A stretch of DNA of 64,000 nt from positions 14,191-78,190 of the forward strand of contig CAIKNE010000039.1 in NCBI GenBank assembly GCA_903828695.1, in the 5' to 3' direction. The first letter of the stretch is position 1; each line of letters begins with the position of its first letter. Of this stretch, positions 60,719 to 64,000 are shown in pieces. The translations under genes were made by a program, and so were the position numbers. Origin of the DNA: an uncultured Burkholderiales bacterium (lineage in GTDB: Bacteria > Pseudomonadota > Gammaproteobacteria > Burkholderiales > Burkholderiaceae_C). A model generated the notes under the pieces. The model saw nothing but the letters and a program-made list of their open reading frames with translations, made no database searches and had not been told where the DNA came from.

Positions 60719-61270
60719 ATGCCATTTAATATTGTTGCCACTGAGCTTGAAGATGTCAAAATTTTAGAGCCCAAGGTTTACGGGGACGCAAGAGGATTTT
60801 TCTTTGAAAGCTTTAACGCAAAAGACTTTCAAAGTGCGCTCGGTACGGAGGTAGACTTTGTCCAGGATAATCACTCCAAATCAGCCAGGGGTGTGCTCAG
60901 AGGTTTGCATTATCAGATCAAGCATCCTCAGGGCAAACTGGTTCGGGTCGTTGCCGGCGAGGTGTTTGATGTGGCCGTTGATATTCGGCGCAACTCACCC
61001 TCATTTGGTCGTTGGATGGGCGCGCATCTATCGGCTGAGAATCATCGCCAGATTTGGATTCCACCTGGCTTTGCTCATGGTTTTTTGGTGCTCAGTGAGA
61101 GCGCTGAGTTTTTATATAAAACGACAGACTACTGGTATCCAGAGCATGAAAGAAGTTTGATCTGGAACGATCCGCAAATAAATATTAAATGGCCCAGCAC
61201 CATTAAACCTGTCTTATCCGCAAAAGACGAGATAGCGCCTTCTTTGGGTACGGCTGAGCTCTTTGATTAG
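60719..61270 (+). CDS. rfbC: dTDP-4-dehydrorhamnose 3,5-epimerase
   Basis: GDARGFFFES, QDNHS, RGLHYQ, PPGFAHGF. Confidence 0.98.
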   Translation: MPFNIVATELEDVKILEPKVYGDARGFFFESFNAKDFQSALGTEVDFVQDNHSKSARGVLRGLHYQIKHPQGKLVRVVAGEVFDVAVDIRRNSPSFGRWMGAHLSAENHRQIWIPPGFAHGFLVLSESAEFLYKTTDYWYPEHERSLIWNDPQINIKWPSTIKPVLSAKDEIAPSLGTAELFD

Positions 61271-61299
61271 ACCTTTATTGCCTGCTACTTGAAAAGCGC

Positions 61300-62172
61300 T
61301 TAAGCCCGAGCTGAGAGCCATTTTCTAAACTCGGCGCCCAACTGAGGATGAGCCAGTCCTAAGTCAACCGTTGCTTGGAGCAACCCAAGCTTGCTACCGC
61401 AGTCGTATCGCTGACCAAGGTAGCTGTAGGCTAAAACCTTCTCTTTTCCAATGAGTGCAGCGATACCGTCTGTAAGCTGTATTTCTCCGCCAGCCCCTTT
61501 GGGTTGTAGGCGGATGTGATTGAAAACGGCTGGCGACAAAATATAGCGACCTGCAACGGCTAAATTACTGGGAGCGAACTCTGGTTTGGGTTTCTCTACA
61601 AAATCAGACACGTCCAAAAGACCTTGTGCATGGGGCGTACCTTTTACGATACCGTATCGCTGTGTGTCCTCTTTGGGGACTTCTTGCACGGCCAATATAC
61701 TGCATTGGTACTCGGCGTGTAGATCTGTCATTTGTTTTAAGATGGGGGTGGTACCTACCATAAGGTCATCCGCTAGCAACACTGCAAACGGATCTTGGCC
61801 GATTAGCTTTTCCGCGCATAAGACGGCATGACCCAGACCCAGTGATTTGGGCTGTCTAACATAGAAACAATCCATATCATCGGGCTTGATAGAGTGAACC
61901 AACTCTAGCAATGCCTTTTTGCCATTTGCCTCGAGCTCACTTTCAAGTTCATAAGCCGTATCAAAATGGTCTTCAATAGCCCGTTTGTTGCGACCCGTTA
62001 CAAAAATCATCTCTCTGATGCCTGCTGCGTAGGCCTCCTCAACCGCATACTGAATGAGTGGCTTGTCAACAACTGCCAACATCTCTTTGGGGGAGGCTTT
62101 TGTAGCGGGTAAGAACCTTGTACCCAGACCTGCAACAGGAAAGACGGCTTTGGTAATTTTTTTCAAATGCAT
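61300..62172 (-). CDS. galU: UTP--glucose-1-phosphate uridylyltransferase
   Basis: [30 protein letters not shown]. Confidence 0.97.
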   Translation of the reverse strand: MHLKKITKAVFPVAGLGTRFLPATKASPKEMLAVVDKPLIQYAVEEAYAAGIREMIFVTGRNKRAIEDHFDTAYELESELEANGKKALLELVHSIKPDDMDCFYVRQPKSLGLGHAVLCAEKLIGQDPFAVLLADDLMVGTTPILKQMTDLHAEYQCSILAVQEVPKEDTQRYGIVKGTPHAQGLLDVSDFVEKPKPEFAPSNLAVAGRYILSPAVFNHIRLQPKGAGGEIQLTDGIAALIGKEKVLAYSYLGQRYDCGSKLGLLQATVDLGLAHPQLGAEFRKWLSARA

Positions 62173-62237
62173 CTGTGGGTGCCTACTTTTTTGCCCTCAA
62201 CCGTTGACGTGCAGAGGAGGGGGAGTCCGTTGGTTAT

Positions 62238-62519
62238 TTAGTGCAGAGTTACGGTTGTTTGCGCAAGCTCCGCGAAACGTGACAATGTGTCTTCCACTTC
62301 ATCTTGTGTTGGCGCATTGATGTGCCAAGCAGAGATGTGCTGCTGAAATAGTTCCGCCCAACCACCTTCTAAATAAACTTCCTTACCAGAGCGTTTGTCT
62401 ACGATCTCGAAACCGTGACGTGTGAGTTGAGGCACGCTTGAATCAAGTTGCTCAGTTTGCTGTAAATCAGTCATCATATGTACAACTACAAAATATTCAG
62501 AATCGTAAAGAGTATTCAT
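62238..62519 (-). CDS. DUF3567 family protein
   Basis: LYDSEYFVVV...GFEIVDKRSGKEVYL.G.WAELFQ; start trimmed to ATG 62519. Confidence 0.75.
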   Translation of the reverse strand: MNTLYDSEYFVVVHMMTDLQQTEQLDSSVPQLTRHGFEIVDKRSGKEVYLEGGWAELFQQHISAWHINAPTQDEVEDTLSRFAELAQTTVTLH

Positions 62520-62567
62520 AGGGGATGTTGTGTGGGTATGTTTCATTCTATATCATGGATGTGGAGA

Positions 62568-63437
62568 TTATTCGGGCAATTTCAAGCCGGACACTAACTC
62601 ATAACGAGCTAGTTTTTGATCTACAAAGTCCCCATTTTGCTCCTCTAATAAAAGCCGACACAAAGTAAGCCCTCGGTTCTTAAGCAACCATATGGTTGCA
62701 CGCTGATCATCAGCCGAGCGGGGGACGCGTGTGATTTTGAATGCATCCACTTTGCCAATAGGGAGATTCAAAGTCTCTGAGCCTATGAACTGAAACTCAC
62801 GTCGTTCAGCATTCTTTTTGGAGACCAATTGAACTGGCGTCCTTGAGCCAACGGGTAATTGACCTAGATGCTTGGCAATCCAAAAGCCGAGTTGAAAAGT
62901 AACACTCAATTGGTCCTGTGCAGAAGGATCTAGCGTATCGGGTGTCGTTTGGGTGGAATATTCAATTTGGTGGTCTGGCCTGTTGAAGACAACAGTATCT
63001 TCGGACCTGGTTTTGTCAGTAAATCGACTTGGTGAGATCCCAGTTAACGCAATTATGTCACCCTCGCTGATTTGAGTTCGTGTGCCGAGTAAAAAGTGAC
63101 TGATTTCAAACTTAGCTTTGTAGCGCGAGCTCGAGACTTGCCACACAATATCCGCAGGCAAACTGTAGGGAATACGGTGAGCTTGGCCAGTGAGGTCGTA
63201 GTGCAAATGAACTGATTCTTGTTGGTTCCAATTTAAAGTGGATGAAGGAGTTGGGGTCATGAATGAGGCGCTAGTCGCTGTAGCGCCACTGATTGCAGGA
63301 TTTGCATCCTTCATGTCCATGACAACCTCGTGTGCAGACCCAGCACTTGTCGCAACGGTGATTAGCAGGCCTACGAGCGCTATCAAATAATGGATGTTGA
63401 TAAATGAGGGGGCTGTTTTTGGAGGAGAAAGAAGCAT
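62568..63437 (-). CDS. DUF3108 domain-containing exported or membrane protein
   Basis: N-terminal hydrophobic segment; AQDQLSVTFQL; C-terminal beta-rich region. Confidence 0.7.
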   Translation of the reverse strand: MLLSPPKTAPSFINIHYLIALVGLLITVATSAGSAHEVVMDMKDANPAISGATATSASFMTPTPSSTLNWNQQESVHLHYDLTGQAHRIPYSLPADIVWQVSSSRYKAKFEISHFLLGTRTQISEGDIIALTGISPSRFTDKTRSEDTVVFNRPDHQIEYSTQTTPDTLDPSAQDQLSVTFQLGFWIAKHLGQLPVGSRTPVQLVSKKNAERREFQFIGSETLNLPIGKVDAFKITRVPRSADDQRATIWLLKNRGLTLCRLLLEEQNGDFVDQKLARYELVSGLKLPE

Positions 63438-63693
63438 TTTAGAGAAGGCTCGTGCACAGGGGGTGGTTCAATAACTGTTTTGGGGAGAAAGGCCTACATC
63501 ATATGCGTTTTAAAAAATGGGTGGATATTCTCTCTTCATTTGCGACTTTGCTAAGAAACTAGCGAGTAGGTCTATTGCTAAAGCCATTTGTTAGGAGTTG
63601 TTAAAATACATCCCCTACTGGAGACTGCCAATGAGCCTGAGTGCATGGCTAGGCATAATCTATCTTTTGTAAAACCAATCAGAAATAAAAAAC

Positions 63694-64000
63694 ATGAAGC
63701 TTGCTACTTATAAAGATGGGACCAAGGATGGTCAATTAGTTGTGGTTTCAAAAGACTTAACCCAGGCCCATTATGCTTCTCATATTGCTACCAAAATGCA
63801 GCAAGTGCTGGATGATTGGAACTTTATTTCCCCCCAGCTCGAGGATCTTTACCAAACACTCAACAGTGGACGCACCCGTCACTCCTTTTCCTTTGATCCT
63901 AAGATGTGTATGGCGCCAATCCCTCGTGCATATCAATGGGCAGATGGTTCAGCGTATTTGAATCATGTCGAGTTGGTCCGAGCCGCCAGGCAATCAGATA
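63694..64000 (+). CDS. Fumarylacetoacetate hydrolase family protein, 3'-partial
   Basis: Not in the ORF track. MKLATYKDGTKDGQLVVVSKDL...MAPIPRAYQWADGSAYLNHVELVRAAR, open to the window end. Confidence 0.88.
   Translation, partial: MKLATYKDGTKDGQLVVVSKDLTQAHYASHIATKMQQVLDDWNFISPQLEDLYQTLNSGRTRHSFSFDPKMCMAPIPRAYQWADGSAYLNHVELVRAARQSD

Overview
The window is mostly housekeeping chromosome from a betaproteobacterium. Protein style and gene neighbourhoods point to Burkholderiales, Comamonadaceae-like (inference). GC looks low for that family (mid-40s % by eye, not computed) and intergenic gaps are short. In order it holds: topB (partial, absent from the ORF track) divergent from a SET-domain gene and birA; marR/recA-recX with LexA boxes; argC; sucCD; a lone pilin; moaC; an M48 protease; purB; GST; a six-gene lipid-modification cluster resembling the furan-fatty-acid (ufa) genes, with a glutathione peroxidase upstream; rfaE2; glnE; yhdP-nitrilase; mltA; a fused indolepyruvate oxidoreductase; dat-ybeD-lipB-lipA; the full atp operon; tRNA-Arg(CCG); rsmI; gmhA-BON; yggS; purU-glcD; galE-rfbBDAC; galU; and the start of an FAA-hydrolase gene. 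I found no integrase, transposase, prophage, CRISPR array or defence system, and I cannot claim a clearly new system. The best leads are the ufa-like cluster, the TopB-SET pair (TopB has a histone-tail-like linker), a structured U-tract-terminated element after the tRNA, an unannotated 47-aa membrane protein, an E5Q pilin and the purU-glcD juxtaposition. All family calls are from motif recognition by eye; no database searches were run.
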